From a virus, in IMG/VR virus record IMGVR_UViG_3300027906_000003, positions 59,821 through 123,820 of that record: a stretch of DNA of 64,000 nt; one strand, written 5' to 3'. The translations under genes and the position numbers were made by a program. Under the pieces are notes generated by a model. That model was not told the origin of the DNA and did no database searches. It saw nothing but the letters and a program-made list of their open reading frames with translations. Positions 30,416 to 40,488 of this stretch are shown here, piece by piece (within the stretch, counting starts at the first letter, position 1; the number at the start of each line of letters is the position of its first letter).

Positions 30416-31651
30416 ATGAGTTATTCAACAATGACGGAATCTGTATCAGTAAATGGTAAAGATTTCAGAATGAGTCCAGACAGACAAGAATTTGTCGCGA
30501 CTCTACAATCGGTCTATCCAGACCAAACTTCGTTCTCTAAAGAAGACTTAGAGAATGTTGGTGCAATACCCTATTGGGTTAAATCAACCAAATATCCATT
30601 CAGGAATTCTGATGCAACGATATTTGATTTATCTGCATTAATGACCAATGTCATTCCAATGCCAGTTAAACCTGCACCAGTTATGCCGACTTCACCAGCA
30701 ATACCGTCTCAAATGCCGGTAGCTGCTCAAACTGAGTCGGTCAATATCTTAGAAGACAATGTTAAAATTGTTCCTGAGAAAATGTCTAATTATGTTCCTT
30801 TTGGTCATTTCAAAGATGTCAAAAACATAATCAAATCTGGAATATTCTTTCCAGTGTTTGTGACTGGTCTTTCAGGTAATGGTAAAACTCTTATGATTGA
30901 ACAAGTATGTGCGTCATTAAAGAGGGAACTTTTCAGAGTCAATGTCACTATTGAGACTGATGAAGATGATTTAATGGGTGGTCACACACTTGTTAATGGT
31001 AATATTACTTTCAGAGAGGGTCCTGTTATCAAAGCAATGAGAAAAGGTGCCGTTTTACTTCTTGATGAAGTAGATTTAGGTTCTAATAAACTCATGTGTT
31101 TACAATCAGTTCTTGAAGGAAAAGGTTATCTAATTAAGAAAACTGGAGAGTGGGTGACACCAAAACCAGGTTTCACAATTCTTGCAACTGCAAATACTAA
31201 AGGTCAAGGTTCAGAAGATGGCAAGTTCATAGGAACTCAAATCATGAATGAGGCGATGTTAGAAAGATTTGCAATCACTATGCAACAAGAATATCCTCCA
31301 GTGACTACTGAGAGAAAAATTCTTGAAAAAGAAATGGCCTTAACAGGTGAAGTTGATTCAGAGTTCACAACCAAGTTGGTTGATTGGGCAGACATTATCA
31401 GAAAAACATTCTACGAGGGTGCTATCGATGATGTGATTACTACAAGAAGACTTGTTCACATAGTCAATGCGTTCAGAATGTTTAACGACAGAATGAAGTC
31501 CATTGAAATGTGTATTTCAAGGTTTGATGAAGAGACAAGAAACAGTATTCTTGACCTCTACACCAAAGTCGATGAGGGTGTTTCCTTAACAGAGGAAGAA
31601 AACCCCATTGACGAAACTGAGTCAGACGAGTATAATGGTTATGATGAGTAA
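30416..31651 (+). CDS. CobS-like MoxR AAA+ ATPase
   Basis: GLSGNGKT, LLLDEVD, ATANTKGQG, NEAMLERF. Confidence 0.9.
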   Translation: MSYSTMTESVSVNGKDFRMSPDRQEFVATLQSVYPDQTSFSKEDLENVGAIPYWVKSTKYPFRNSDATIFDLSALMTNVIPMPVKPAPVMPTSPAIPSQMPVAAQTESVNILEDNVKIVPEKMSNYVPFGHFKDVKNIIKSGIFFPVFVTGLSGNGKTLMIEQVCASLKRELFRVNVTIETDEDDLMGGHTLVNGNITFREGPVIKAMRKGAVLLLDEVDLGSNKLMCLQSVLEGKGYLIKKTGEWVTPKPGFTILATANTKGQGSEDGKFIGTQIMNEAMLERFAITMQQEYPPVTTERKILEKEMALTGEVDSEFTTKLVDWADIIRKTFYEGAIDDVITTRRLVHIVNAFRMFNDRMKSIEMCISRFDEETRNSILDLYTKVDEGVSLTEEENPIDETESDEYNGYDE

Positions 31652-31943
31652 TATTGATTACAAGTATAATGAGGACAACTTGATTAAAGAGTTGTCTTCA
31701 TATATTGATAACACTTATGACCAACATTACTCACTCAACAAATACCAATCAACTGAGTTTATTATTGACTCAGGTCATGGTGAGGGTTTCTGTATCGGAA
31801 ACATAATGAAATATGCACAACGATATGGTAAAAAAGGTGGGAAGAATAGGGCAGACTTACTTAAAGTAATTCATTATGCAATATTCATGCTACATGTTCA
31901 CGACAAAGCGATGAAGGAGGCTAACAGTGATGAAAATAAGTAA
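31641..31943 (+). CDS. DUF3310-like conserved T4-like protein
   Basis: TYDQHY, GFCIGNIMKYAQRYGKK, DLLKVIHY; TTGACG-17-TATAAT promoter at 31608-31636. Confidence 0.75.
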   Translation: MMSNIDYKYNEDNLIKELSSYIDNTYDQHYSLNKYQSTEFIIDSGHGEGFCIGNIMKYAQRYGKKGGKNRADLLKVIHYAIFMLHVHDKAMKEANSDENK

Positions 31944-32595
31944 TGATACGAGGAATGTCTTAAAGAATTTCTCAACAATAAACTCTGGTATTAAAGTTAC
32001 CAGTGGTAAACAACTACAGACAATTTCAAATATGAAAAATATTCTGGCAGTTGCAACCGTAGATGAAGAGTTTCCACAGGATTTCTCAATCTACAATCTA
32101 CCTGAATTCTTAGGTGCAACTTCTCTATTAGAAGATGCAGACTTTCAATTCGGAGACGCAAGTGTGACCATATCAGATAGTAATTCTGCATTGGCATACT
32201 TTTATGCAAGTGAAGGAATGGTGACATCACCAGAAAAAATGATAACTATGCCAGACGCAGAGGTATCTTTTGATGTATCATCAACACTTCTATCAGATTT
32301 AAACAAAGCTGCTAGTGTTCTAGGAGTGAATGATTTGATTCTTAAATCAGACGGAACTACCATGACATTGGAAGTGACAGACAAAAAGAATGCAACATCT
32401 AATTCATTTAGTAGAACTGTAGGCACAGGTGACGGAACACCATTTACTTTTAATTTCAAGATTGATAATCTAAAAGTATTAGACGGAAACTATTCAGTTT
32501 CAGTATCGTCTAAAGGTATTTCTCACTTCAATAATAAAGATATAGAGTTAGAATACTTTATTGCACTTGAGCCAGACTCAAAGTATGGTCAGTAG
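31927..32595 (+). CDS. gp45: Sliding clamp gp45
   Basis: LKNFSTIN, IYNLPEFL, YFIALEPDS. Confidence 0.93.
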   Translation: MMKISNDTRNVLKNFSTINSGIKVTSGKQLQTISNMKNILAVATVDEEFPQDFSIYNLPEFLGATSLLEDADFQFGDASVTISDSNSALAYFYASEGMVTSPEKMITMPDAEVSFDVSSTLLSDLNKAASVLGVNDLILKSDGTTMTLEVTDKKNATSNSFSRTVGTGDGTPFTFNFKIDNLKVLDGNYSVSVSSKGISHFNNKDIELEYFIALEPDSKYGQ

Positions 32596-32716
32596 ACATA
32601 TATATAATAGTGTGAATAGGGTTATAGTCTCAGCTCTATACTCGGGATGTAAGAAATCTCATCAATCTTCAAGGGTTCTTACAACAGTTAATTCGGAGGG
32701 GTTTTAACATCTTATT

Positions 32717-33658
32717 ATGAATACAGAATTTTTATTTGTTGAAAAGTATCGTCCTCAAAATATTGAGGACACGATACTACCTGATTCAATCAAAGCTACT
32801 TTTAAAGAGTTCGTTAAACAAGAACAAATACCAAATCTCATGTTATGTGGTTCTGCAGGTTGTGGTAAAACAACCATTGCAAAGGCATTATGTAATGAAC
32901 TTGGTGCAGACTTCATTGTTATAAACGGTTCAGATGAAGGAAGATTGATTGATACACTCAGAACTAAAATCAAAAACTTTGCATCAACAGTATCACTTTC
33001 AGGTGGACCTAAAGTTGTGATACTAGATGAGGCAGATTACATATCTGCTGATTCAGTGCAACCTGCATTGAGAAACTTTATAGAAGAGTTCTCATCTAAT
33101 TGCAGATTTATCTTTACTTGTAATTACAAGAACAGGATTATTCCACCTTTACATTCAAGAACAACAGTAATTGATTTTCTAATCAAACCATCAGACAAAC
33201 CAGCTCTTGCAAAACAGATGATGAAAAGATGCAGAGAGATTTGTGAAACTGAGGGTATAGAAGCAGACAGCCAAGTCCTTGCAGAACTTATTATGAAGTT
33301 CTTTCCAGATTTCAGAAGATGTCTAAATGAGATTCAAAGATATGGTGCAAGTGGTGTTATTGATAGTGGATTATTATCCACATTATCAGAAGAGAAACTT
33401 ACGCCTCTTATAAATATGATAAAAGACAAGAAATGGTCCGACATGAGAAAATGGGTCGGACAGAATTCAGATAATGACTTCAATACACTTTATAGAAAGG
33501 TGTTTAATTCACTTGAATCTAAATTAGAACCAAGTTCCATACCAGCAGCTGTATTAATCATTGCAGACTATCAATACAAATCTGCATTTTCAATGGATAG
33601 TGAAATCAATTTCGTTGCATGTCTTACAGAGATTATGTCGGAGTGTAAATTCAAATAA
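32717..33658 (+). CDS. gp44: Clamp loader large subunit gp44
   Basis: VEKYRP, GSAGCGKTT, ILDEADY, PLHSR. Confidence 0.95.
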   Translation: MNTEFLFVEKYRPQNIEDTILPDSIKATFKEFVKQEQIPNLMLCGSAGCGKTTIAKALCNELGADFIVINGSDEGRLIDTLRTKIKNFASTVSLSGGPKVVILDEADYISADSVQPALRNFIEEFSSNCRFIFTCNYKNRIIPPLHSRTTVIDFLIKPSDKPALAKQMMKRCREICETEGIEADSQVLAELIMKFFPDFRRCLNEIQRYGASGVIDSGLLSTLSEEKLTPLINMIKDKKWSDMRKWVGQNSDNDFNTLYRKVFNSLESKLEPSSIPAAVLIIADYQYKSAFSMDSEINFVACLTEIMSECKFK

Positions 33659-33668
33659 TGGAGAAAAA

Positions 33669-33944
33669 ATGACACAATATGATGATAGAGTTCAATTTCA
33701 AAGAGACTTATTAGCCGCTGAGGAGTGGGCATGGGGTTTTAAGTCTTTGCAAGTTCACGCATTACAGAGCATGTGGTATGACGATAGACCAGAAGATACA
33801 GAAGATGGAACTAGTGTCACTGATGTTCAATACAATAACGGTGTGATTGTCAGGTCAAAGCAAGGTGAAGAGATTCATAGATTCGGTAAAGCACTGAAAG
33901 GTGAAGAATTAGTCCGTTCATATTTAAGACATCAACAAAGATAA
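33669..33944 (+). CDS. Hypothetical protein
   Basis: GGAG SD before MTQYDD; between gp44 and gp62. Confidence 0.65.
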   Translation: MTQYDDRVQFQRDLLAAEEWAWGFKSLQVHALQSMWYDDRPEDTEDGTSVTDVQYNNGVIVRSKQGEEIHRFGKALKGEELVRSYLRHQQR

Positions 33945-33945
33945 G

Positions 33946-34338
33946 ATGTCTAAACGAAATCCATTTGATTTTGTCAAGTCGGTCTCTTACGACAAAAAAG
34001 ATATCATGGTTGATGATATCGAAGAGAAAGCATATCAACCATTCCTAGTAAATAAATCATTATCTTATCACGAAGATTGTATCTTCTTGACCAACGAAAT
34101 GAATACACGACACTCTACCGAGAGTCGTCTTCAATATGTATTTTTTCTAAATACCCTTAGAAGACGACAAAGGTTCTCCAAATGGAGTAAACCATATGTC
34201 TCAAAGAAACTCGATGTAATCAAACAGTATTATCAGGTATCCACAAGAGAGGCAAAAGAGTATGTTTCACTTTTATCTGATAAACAGTATCGTGAGTTGA
34301 AGAATAGAATGCACCTTGGTGGTAGAAATAATGAATGA
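33946..34338 (+). CDS. gp62: Clamp loader small subunit gp62
   Basis: YQPFLVNKSLSY, NEMN, RRRQRFSKW. Confidence 0.9.
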   Translation: MSKRNPFDFVKSVSYDKKDIMVDDIEEKAYQPFLVNKSLSYHEDCIFLTNEMNTRHSTESRLQYVFFLNTLRRRQRFSKWSKPYVSKKLDVIKQYYQVSTREAKEYVSLLSDKQYRELKNRMHLGGRNNE

Positions 34339-34741
34339 AATAGACCCTATAGTAGAAACACTAGTAGAAATATCCTTTGAACAAGAGGATGACTTCCTAA
34401 AAATAAGAGAAACCCTATCCAGAATAGGCGTTGCCTCTCGCAAAGAACAAGAACTTTTTCAATCATGCCATATCTTACACAAAAGAGGTAAGTATTATAT
34501 CGTGCATTTTAAAGAACTATTTGCACTTGATGGTAAACCAACCAACCTAGATGAGAATGATATTGGTAGGAGAAACACTATCTGTAATCTACTTCAACAA
34601 TGGAATCTTATCAAAGTCTTAAATCCTGACATGATAAAAGAACCAGAAGCACCACTTTCACAAGTCAAAATCATACCTTATAAAGAAAAAGGTAATTGGA
34701 AATTGACAACAAAATACTCAATCGGCAGTAATAAAACCTAA
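34331..34741 (+). CDS. regA: Translational repressor RegA
   Basis: DDFLKIRETLSRIGVAS, QSCHILHKRGKYYIVHFKELFALDG. Confidence 0.96.
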   Translation: MNEIDPIVETLVEISFEQEDDFLKIRETLSRIGVASRKEQELFQSCHILHKRGKYYIVHFKELFALDGKPTNLDENDIGRRNTICNLLQQWNLIKVLNPDMIKEPEAPLSQVKIIPYKEKGNWKLTTKYSIGSNKT

Positions 34742-34776
34742 ATAAACCAGATATTAATCAAATAAAGGAGGCGCAT

Positions 34777-34983
34777 ATGCTAACAGCAATCGCAGAATTT
34801 ATTATGGGAATTTGGAATATATTAATGGTAATACCAGTTGTTATCTCTATTTGTAGTGTTATAGTTGCTTTAACTCCAACACCAGCAGACGATAAGATTT
34901 GGGCTAAAGTGTATAAATACTTAGAAGTTCTTGCACTAGCAATTGGTAAGGCAAAGGATAAGAATCCTTTGTTGGATAAATAA
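34777..34983 (+). CDS. Small membrane protein (TPTPxDD type, possible holin)
   Basis: AAGGAGG SD, TM helix, ALTPTPADDK. Confidence 0.6.
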   Translation: MLTAIAEFIMGIWNILMVIPVVISICSVIVALTPTPADDKIWAKVYKYLEVLALAIGKAKDKNPLLDK

Positions 34984-35006
34984 GTATATAAATTAGAGGA
35001 AAAATT

Positions 35007-35261
35007 ATGGAATATGTAATTCTTGTAGTCGTTGGCCTTGCAGCGGTCTATTATTTCTTAGAGAAATCTATGAAAAATGATAAACCTGTTGTTAAGAAAC
35101 CAGCATCTAAGAAGCCTGTAAAAAAAGGTCCTTCACAAGCAGAATTGAAAAAACTAACTAAGGTTCAGTTGATTCAACTTGCAGAGAAGAACAAACTTAA
35201 AGTTAAAGTTTCAGGTTCAAAAGCAGAAGTGATTAAATCAATCCATTCTCAAATGAAATAA
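35007..35261 (+). CDS. Membrane-anchored basic protein with helix-extension-helix-like tail
   Basis: N-terminal TM, Lys/Pro linker, LKKLTKVQLIQLA..KAEVI. Confidence 0.6.
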   Translation: MEYVILVVVGLAAVYYFLEKSMKNDKPVVKKPASKKPVKKGPSQAELKKLTKVQLIQLAEKNKLKVKVSGSKAEVIKSIHSQMK

Positions 35262-35277
35262 CTTAGACTACCTAGTC

Positions 35278-35306
35278 AAAAAAGGGTGCTTATGTGCCCT
35301 TTTTTT
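35278..35306 (+). terminator. Intrinsic terminator
   Basis: AAAAAAGGGTGC-TTAT-GTGCCCTTTTTTT. Confidence 0.75.
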
Positions 35307-35327
35307 ATGGGATTAGAAAGCCAAAAG

Positions 35328-35335
35328 TATAAATA
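35328..35335 (+). promoter_or_regulatory. Late promoter TATAAATA heading the curli-like operon
   Basis: Exact consensus 5 nt before ATG 35341. Confidence 0.75.
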
Positions 35336-35340
35336 ATGGC

Positions 35341-35637
35341 ATGGAAGATATCTTTGGATTAATAAGTGAAGTCGGAGCCCCTATTGCTGGAAGTCTAGTT
35401 ATGGGGTTTTTTATCTTTACAGTAATCAAACAGATATTAGAAGGCGTAGTAGACGATATAAAAACTCTTACTATGTTCTGTAAGTCACTGGAAAACCGTG
35501 CAAGAACCATGTCTAACGAAATGATTAAGATAGATATGTTAGTAAGTTCAGCGTTAGAACTTAGGCCTGATATAGAGCGAGTCGCAAGGGCAGAGAACTT
35601 TATAGAAGACGGCAAAGTAGACGCTAGGAGAGACTAG
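35341..35637 (+). CDS. Small membrane protein, curli-module gene 1
   Basis: EVGAPIA then TM helix and coiled coil; paralog-like to the next gene. Confidence 0.75.
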   Translation: MEDIFGLISEVGAPIAGSLVMGFFIFTVIKQILEGVVDDIKTLTMFCKSLENRARTMSNEMIKIDMLVSSALELRPDIERVARAENFIEDGKVDARRD

Positions 35638-35891
35638 TGGAAAACCTGGCACAACTTATATCCGAATACGGATTTCCAATCGTTATGATGGTTGGCTTGG
35701 GGTATTTTGTATACTACATCTGGTGGTTTGTCGGAGAAAAACTAGAACCAGAAATCGAAGAGCAACATATGGCATTAATAAGATTGATTGACCAAGTTCG
35801 TATGTTAGACCAAGACCTTATTCGACTGCAACAAAAGGTTGATGTAGTTTTAGAATATAGGGAAAATGAAAAGAAGAAGGAGATAAAATGA
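35637..35891 (+). CDS. Small membrane protein, curli-module gene 2
   Basis: EYGFPIV then TM helix and coiled coil. Confidence 0.75.
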   Translation: MENLAQLISEYGFPIVMMVGLGYFVYYIWWFVGEKLEPEIEEQHMALIRLIDQVRMLDQDLIRLQQKVDVVLEYRENEKKKEIK

Positions 35892-36457
35892 AGAACACAG
35901 AAGGAAGCTTTACAGGTAAGAAACTTGCTTTAATCAAAATGGCAAAATCACCTATAGTTTTTATGTTTGTATGTCTCTTCCTATTACTTGTATCACTTCC
36001 ATTATCTTCAACAGAGATAGTTCACAAGTTTAAAAATCCAAGTTTCAGTGGAATAGGAACAGCATCACATTATTTAACCGTGGAGAACCAAGAGTTTTCG
36101 CGTAAGAAAGCAATCGAAGAGGCCTTAGAGGCTGCGAGAAAAGCGGCTGAGAGAGAAGAGAATAACACAACCTTAGCAAAATTTATTAGAAATTTAGAAT
36201 CGAGAATTTATGCCCAAATGGCAAAACAGTTAGTTGAAAATATGTTCAACAACGATAATCCAGTTAGATTTGGGTCATTCGTATTAGAGGGTTCAACAGT
36301 CACCTATGAAGTTATAACAAATGTAGACGGAACAGAATTCATAAGAATGACTATTATATCAGAAGACGGAACAGAAACAATATTAGAAATACCAATTGGA
36401 AGTGGAAACTTCGGGAGTGACGATGGCTCAGGTGACGGCTCGACTGACGGCGGTTAG
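35888..36457 (+). CDS. csgF: Curli assembly protein CsgF-like
   Basis: Signal peptide, FKNPSFSG, FIRNLESRIYAQMAKQL, directly before csgG. Confidence 0.8.
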   Translation: MKNTEGSFTGKKLALIKMAKSPIVFMFVCLFLLLVSLPLSSTEIVHKFKNPSFSGIGTASHYLTVENQEFSRKKAIEEALEAARKAAEREENNTTLAKFIRNLESRIYAQMAKQLVENMFNNDNPVRFGSFVLEGSTVTYEVITNVDGTEFIRMTIISEDGTETILEIPIGSGNFGSDDGSGDGSTDGG

Positions 36458-37346
36458 TCTATCAATACTTATACTTGCATCTTGCGCGTCCGTTCCTAGA
36501 TTTTCAAACGACCCACAAGAATGTAATCCAGAAACATGGGGTGAAGAATACAACCATGATTTGTGGAACTATGCTAAGGCAGCGGGTAGAACTTTTGAAA
36601 GAGCAATGCCTTTCATTTGTGTTGATGAACCACAACCAGTTAAACTTCCAAGTTTTATACAGTTATTAGATTTACCACCAGCAGAATCATCACCTGTTGT
36701 TGCAGTATATAAGTTTCAAGATTTAACAGGTCAAAGAAAAGCACAAGACAATATAGCCTCTTTCTCTACTGCTGTGACACAAGGTGGAACTGAGATGCTC
36801 ATTGATGCACTCAAAACTGCAGGTTCTGGAACTTGGTTCAGAGTGGTAGAGAGACAAGGTTTAGACCACCTTGTTAGAGAAAGGCAAATTATTCGTTCTG
36901 CCAGAGACGATATTGCAAAGAAAAAGGGAGAGGAATCTCCAGGTGTTGCACCACTTTTATTTGCAGGAATGATTATCGAGGGTGGAATTATTGGTTACGA
37001 TACCAATCTTGAAAGTGGTGGCCGAGGTGCCAGAACATTAGGGATTGGTATGAGTAGAATGTATAGAAAGGATGCTGTGACAGTTTCATTAAGAGCAGTA
37101 TCAGTTCTAACAGGTGAAGTATTATTAAATGTCCAAACAAGAAAGACTATCCTTTCTTATGGCGGAGGAGGCGATGTGTTTCGATTCATTGAAGAAGGAA
37201 CACAACTAGTCGAGTTCGAGGACGGAGTGGGAAATAATGAGTCAGTGACTTATGCAACACGGTCAGCTATTGAAGCTGCTGTGTTCGAATTAATACACCA
37301 AGGCCATGATAGAGGGTATTGGGAAATAAAAGGAAAAGAAAAATGA
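36423..37346 (+). CDS. csgG: Curli secretion channel CsgG-like lipoprotein
   Basis: Lipobox LASC, VAVYKFQDLTGQRK, FSTAVTQG, WFRVVERQGL, EGGIIGYDTN. Confidence 0.92.
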   Translation: MAQVTARLTAVSLSILILASCASVPRFSNDPQECNPETWGEEYNHDLWNYAKAAGRTFERAMPFICVDEPQPVKLPSFIQLLDLPPAESSPVVAVYKFQDLTGQRKAQDNIASFSTAVTQGGTEMLIDALKTAGSGTWFRVVERQGLDHLVRERQIIRSARDDIAKKKGEESPGVAPLLFAGMIIEGGIIGYDTNLESGGRGARTLGIGMSRMYRKDAVTVSLRAVSVLTGEVLLNVQTRKTILSYGGGGDVFRFIEEGTQLVEFEDGVGNNESVTYATRSAIEAAVFELIHQGHDRGYWEIKGKEK

Positions 37347-38071
37347 AAAAATATCTATTAGCGCTAAGTATATTTCTTTCTACACCTTTTCTGTTTGCCG
37401 CTGCGGACGATGATAACGAAATTAACATAACACAAACTGGTGATACTTTAACATTATATATTGACCAGATTGGTTATGGAAACAAAATGGGATTGGATAA
37501 CTTTGATAGTAGTTCAAGTGCCATGCCTATCACAGGTACTTCGTTGACTTTTAACATCGACCAGCTGGGTAACGAGAACTTACTCTATGGTAAGGTCACA
37601 GCAGATTCTTCATCTTACACTTTAGAGTGGAATGGTGATAGTAATGTTTGGGACTGGATGATAGGTGAAACAGGTTCATCAGATACTACAAATATGTTAG
37701 TAGACATAACTGGTGACTCTAATACAATGGACTTTGACCAAGGTTCAGTTGCTCAAGCAGAGAGGTTAGATTTCGATTTAATAGTAATTGGTAGCTCCAA
37801 TGTTTTTGATGTAGATGTTGAATCAGATGATGCAACCTGGGATTTTGATATAACAGGTGCTTCAAACAACATCAACACATTGCAAAAAGATGGTGCTTAT
37901 CATAACATCACTTTTGAATTGACTGGTGATTCTGCAGATGTAGACATCAATCAGTTAAGTGGAACATGCCCACAAGGTGTTTCTACTTGCAAAGGTCAGA
38001 TTACATTGGACATTACAAGTGATAACTCAACTATCCAAATCAATCAGAAAGACACATCTAACGATTCTTAG
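37343..38071 (+). CDS. Secreted curlin-like beta-solenoid protein A
   Basis: Signal peptide; recurrent I-x-Q-x-G-x-x-N and G-x-S-N repeats. Confidence 0.65.
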   Translation: MKKYLLALSIFLSTPFLFAAADDDNEINITQTGDTLTLYIDQIGYGNKMGLDNFDSSSSAMPITGTSLTFNIDQLGNENLLYGKVTADSSSYTLEWNGDSNVWDWMIGETGSSDTTNMLVDITGDSNTMDFDQGSVAQAERLDFDLIVIGSSNVFDVDVESDDATWDFDITGASNNINTLQKDGAYHNITFELTGDSADVDINQLSGTCPQGVSTCKGQITLDITSDNSTIQINQKDTSNDS

Positions 38072-39188
38072 TATCTTACTCTTCATGGGGTCTGTTCAGG
38101 CAGACTCCATCGGAGATATAGTTGAATCAACAGGTATTGGTTCTGTTCTTAGAAACAATACCGAAATAGGCAACGATGTTGGAACAGGAATTGTTCTCTA
38201 TGATGAGGCAATAACAGGAAACGGCAGAATGCTTATTGAGTTCCTTGATGAAGAGGAACTTGCACTTACAGAACACACACAAGTATACATAGACGAAGTA
38301 TACTACGACCCAAATCCAAGTTTATCCAAGATGTCTTTAAGAATGGTTCAAGGCACCGCAAGATTTGCTTCTGGAAATGGACAAAGAATTAAAAAGTCTA
38401 ACATAGACATACGAACACCTACGGCACAAATAGCAATCCGTGGAACAGATTTCACAACAACCATTGACGAACTCGGAAGGAGTTTGATAGTTTTACTTCC
38501 TGATAGATTCGGAGATTCATCAGGAGAGATAACAGTTATAAATGATGGTGGAGAAATAGTCTTAGATAAGGCATTTCAAGCAACAATGGTTACAAGTTTA
38601 GATAGTCCTCCAACTCCACCAGTCACAATAACAAATTTAACAGTTAATCAAATAGATAATATGTTCATCGTTGCACCACCACCTGCAGTAGAACAAGCAG
38701 TTGAGGAACAGGCAAGAGATGATAACAACGAAGACCAAGGAATACTAGATGTAGATTTCTTAGAGTTCAATGAACTAGAAAAGGACTATGATGATTATGC
38801 AAATGACCCAGACTATGATGCAAGATATAGTTCTATTGATATTGATTTCTTAGATGCAGACTTTCTAGTGGACATGTTAGATGTCGTTGAAGAATTAATT
38901 AAAACTACAAAAGATTTAGGAGATAGACAAGCATCATCAGGTGGTGGTGCTGGAAGTTCAGATTTTAATATAAAAGGTGCCTCTTTTGGTAAGAATACAG
39001 ACTCACAATACAACATTTTTGTTGAAGATGGTGGTCTTGTATTCTATAGAGAGGTTGAAGGAAAGATAAGATTGGTATTTCAAGCAGGTGCCTCAGTAAG
39101 ATTAGACACTAGAGTTCCAACTTATGAGGGTGTTATAACAGTAAATGGTGGTGATGAAATCTTCATTTACATCAACCAATCTAACTAA
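37959..39188 (+). CDS. FecR-domain periplasmic protein (start uncertain)
   Basis: IRTPTAQIAIRGTDF FecR motif, GTARFASG, signal-like LSILLFMGSVQA. Confidence 0.82.
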   Translation: MEHAHKVFLLAKVRLHWTLQVITQLSKSIRKTHLTILSILLFMGSVQADSIGDIVESTGIGSVLRNNTEIGNDVGTGIVLYDEAITGNGRMLIEFLDEEELALTEHTQVYIDEVYYDPNPSLSKMSLRMVQGTARFASGNGQRIKKSNIDIRTPTAQIAIRGTDFTTTIDELGRSLIVLLPDRFGDSSGEITVINDGGEIVLDKAFQATMVTSLDSPPTPPVTITNLTVNQIDNMFIVAPPPAVEQAVEEQARDDNNEDQGILDVDFLEFNELEKDYDDYANDPDYDARYSSIDIDFLDADFLVDMLDVVEELIKTTKDLGDRQASSGGGAGSSDFNIKGASFGKNTDSQYNIFVEDGGLVFYREVEGKIRLVFQAGASVRLDTRVPTYEGVITVNGGDEIFIYINQSN

Positions 39189-39223
39189 ATACCACTACGA
39201 CAACATAAAAAAGAGGAGGTCGT

Positions 39224-39373
39224 ATGATAAATATGTTATCACAACTCCGTTCATGGCATGAAGACCAACTATTTGGATTTCAAAAAGCAATGAGACTAGA
39301 TGACTACCATATGTTATGGATTGCATTTAGTAAAGGGGTTCTATTAACGATGATATTACTATGGATTATATAA
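39224..39373 (+). CDS. Small membrane protein, 49 aa
   Basis: GAGGAGG SD, C-terminal hydrophobic helix; not in ORF track. Confidence 0.65.
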   Translation: MINMLSQLRSWHEDQLFGFQKAMRLDDYHMLWIAFSKGVLLTMILLWII

Positions 39374-40167
39374 CTAAATCATTATTGACATTAATTATAG
39401 GGGTATTTTTTACCCCTATAGTTTCAGCAGGTGACAACCATGTTCATGTTGAACAAGTTGCCGGCGGAGATAATTTTGAATTAAATATCACTCAAATCGG
39501 ATTTGAACAAATGATTCGATTCTCTTTTGACCATGCCAACAACGATGTAAATCTAATACAAAAAGGAAACAACATGTATATCGGATATACTGATGCGTGG
39601 GGTTCAGGTAAAGCATGGGGTGGAGATTTAGATGGTATAGATAATGAAGTCGATATAAGGCAAAGATGTTCTTTTGCAACTTGTAATGAAACTGATTTCC
39701 AATTTCACATTTGGGGAGACGACAATGAAGTTGTCTTTGGTCAAGGATATGAAAACAATAACAGCACTACACCAAACTGGAATTACGATGGTACCGAACC
39801 TGGTGGAAACTTTGTGAGATTAGATATACATGGTGATGATAACAAATTTAAAGGAAGTCAAAAACAAGATTCAAGTTCAATTAATCATTCTATTACTGCA
39901 AACATATACGGAGATAATAATGATGTATGGGTTAAACAGATGCAGAATGGTGATAAGACTTTAAATCTAACAATCAATAGTGATTGGAATGAAGTTGCAA
40001 TCCAACAAAAGAACAATGGAGCTCATACAGCAACAATTAGTTTAACTGGAACAGAGGCAATTACTATGTTCTTAAATCAAGTGGGAAATACAACTCAATC
40101 ATATTCACTAACACAAAATTGTGTTACCGTTGGTGGTTGCACTGTTAGCGTCACACAAGGTAACTAA
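39361..40167 (+). CDS. Secreted curlin-like beta-solenoid protein B
   Basis: Signal peptide; N-x-V-x-I-x-Q and G-D-x-N repeats; C-terminal C-x4-C. Confidence 0.65.
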   Translation: MDYITKSLLTLIIGVFFTPIVSAGDNHVHVEQVAGGDNFELNITQIGFEQMIRFSFDHANNDVNLIQKGNNMYIGYTDAWGSGKAWGGDLDGIDNEVDIRQRCSFATCNETDFQFHIWGDDNEVVFGQGYENNNSTTPNWNYDGTEPGGNFVRLDIHGDDNKFKGSQKQDSSSINHSITANIYGDNNDVWVKQMQNGDKTLNLTINSDWNEVAIQQKNNGAHTATISLTGTEAITMFLNQVGNTTQSYSLTQNCVTVGGCTVSVTQGN

Positions 40168-40227
40168 CATGTCAATCAAAGCAAAAGCAATACGATTCCT
40201 TGAATGGTGTCTAACCAAGGTAGTATC

Positions 40228-40488
40228 ATGGAAGTAGAATGTCCAGAAGAATATTACGAATGTCTCACATATGAAGAGTTTGATGAGATAGTAGACATAT
40301 TAGAAGAGAATGATATTCCAATGCCAGAAGCAATGGGTGATGCAGAAGCAGCCGCAAATTTTGTTTGGCAAGTTCTCTTTCTAACACCAGTCGAACTAAT
40401 CTACATTGGTATTACTATGACAGTTCTTGCTACATATGGACTCTCTATATACTACATGTATAAAAGAATACAAAAGAAATTTTCATGA
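40228..40488 (+). CDS. Small membrane protein
   Basis: Acidic N-terminus with 2 Cys, C-terminal TM helix. Confidence 0.6.
   Translation: MEVECPEEYYECLTYEEFDEIVDILEENDIPMPEAMGDAEAAANFVWQVLFLTPVELIYIGITMTVLATYGLSIYYMYKRIQKKFS

Noticed and set aside
30416-31651. Cobalamin biosynthesis role for the CobS-like gene
   Set aside because: No cobN or other cob genes in the window; better described as a MoxR-VWA pair
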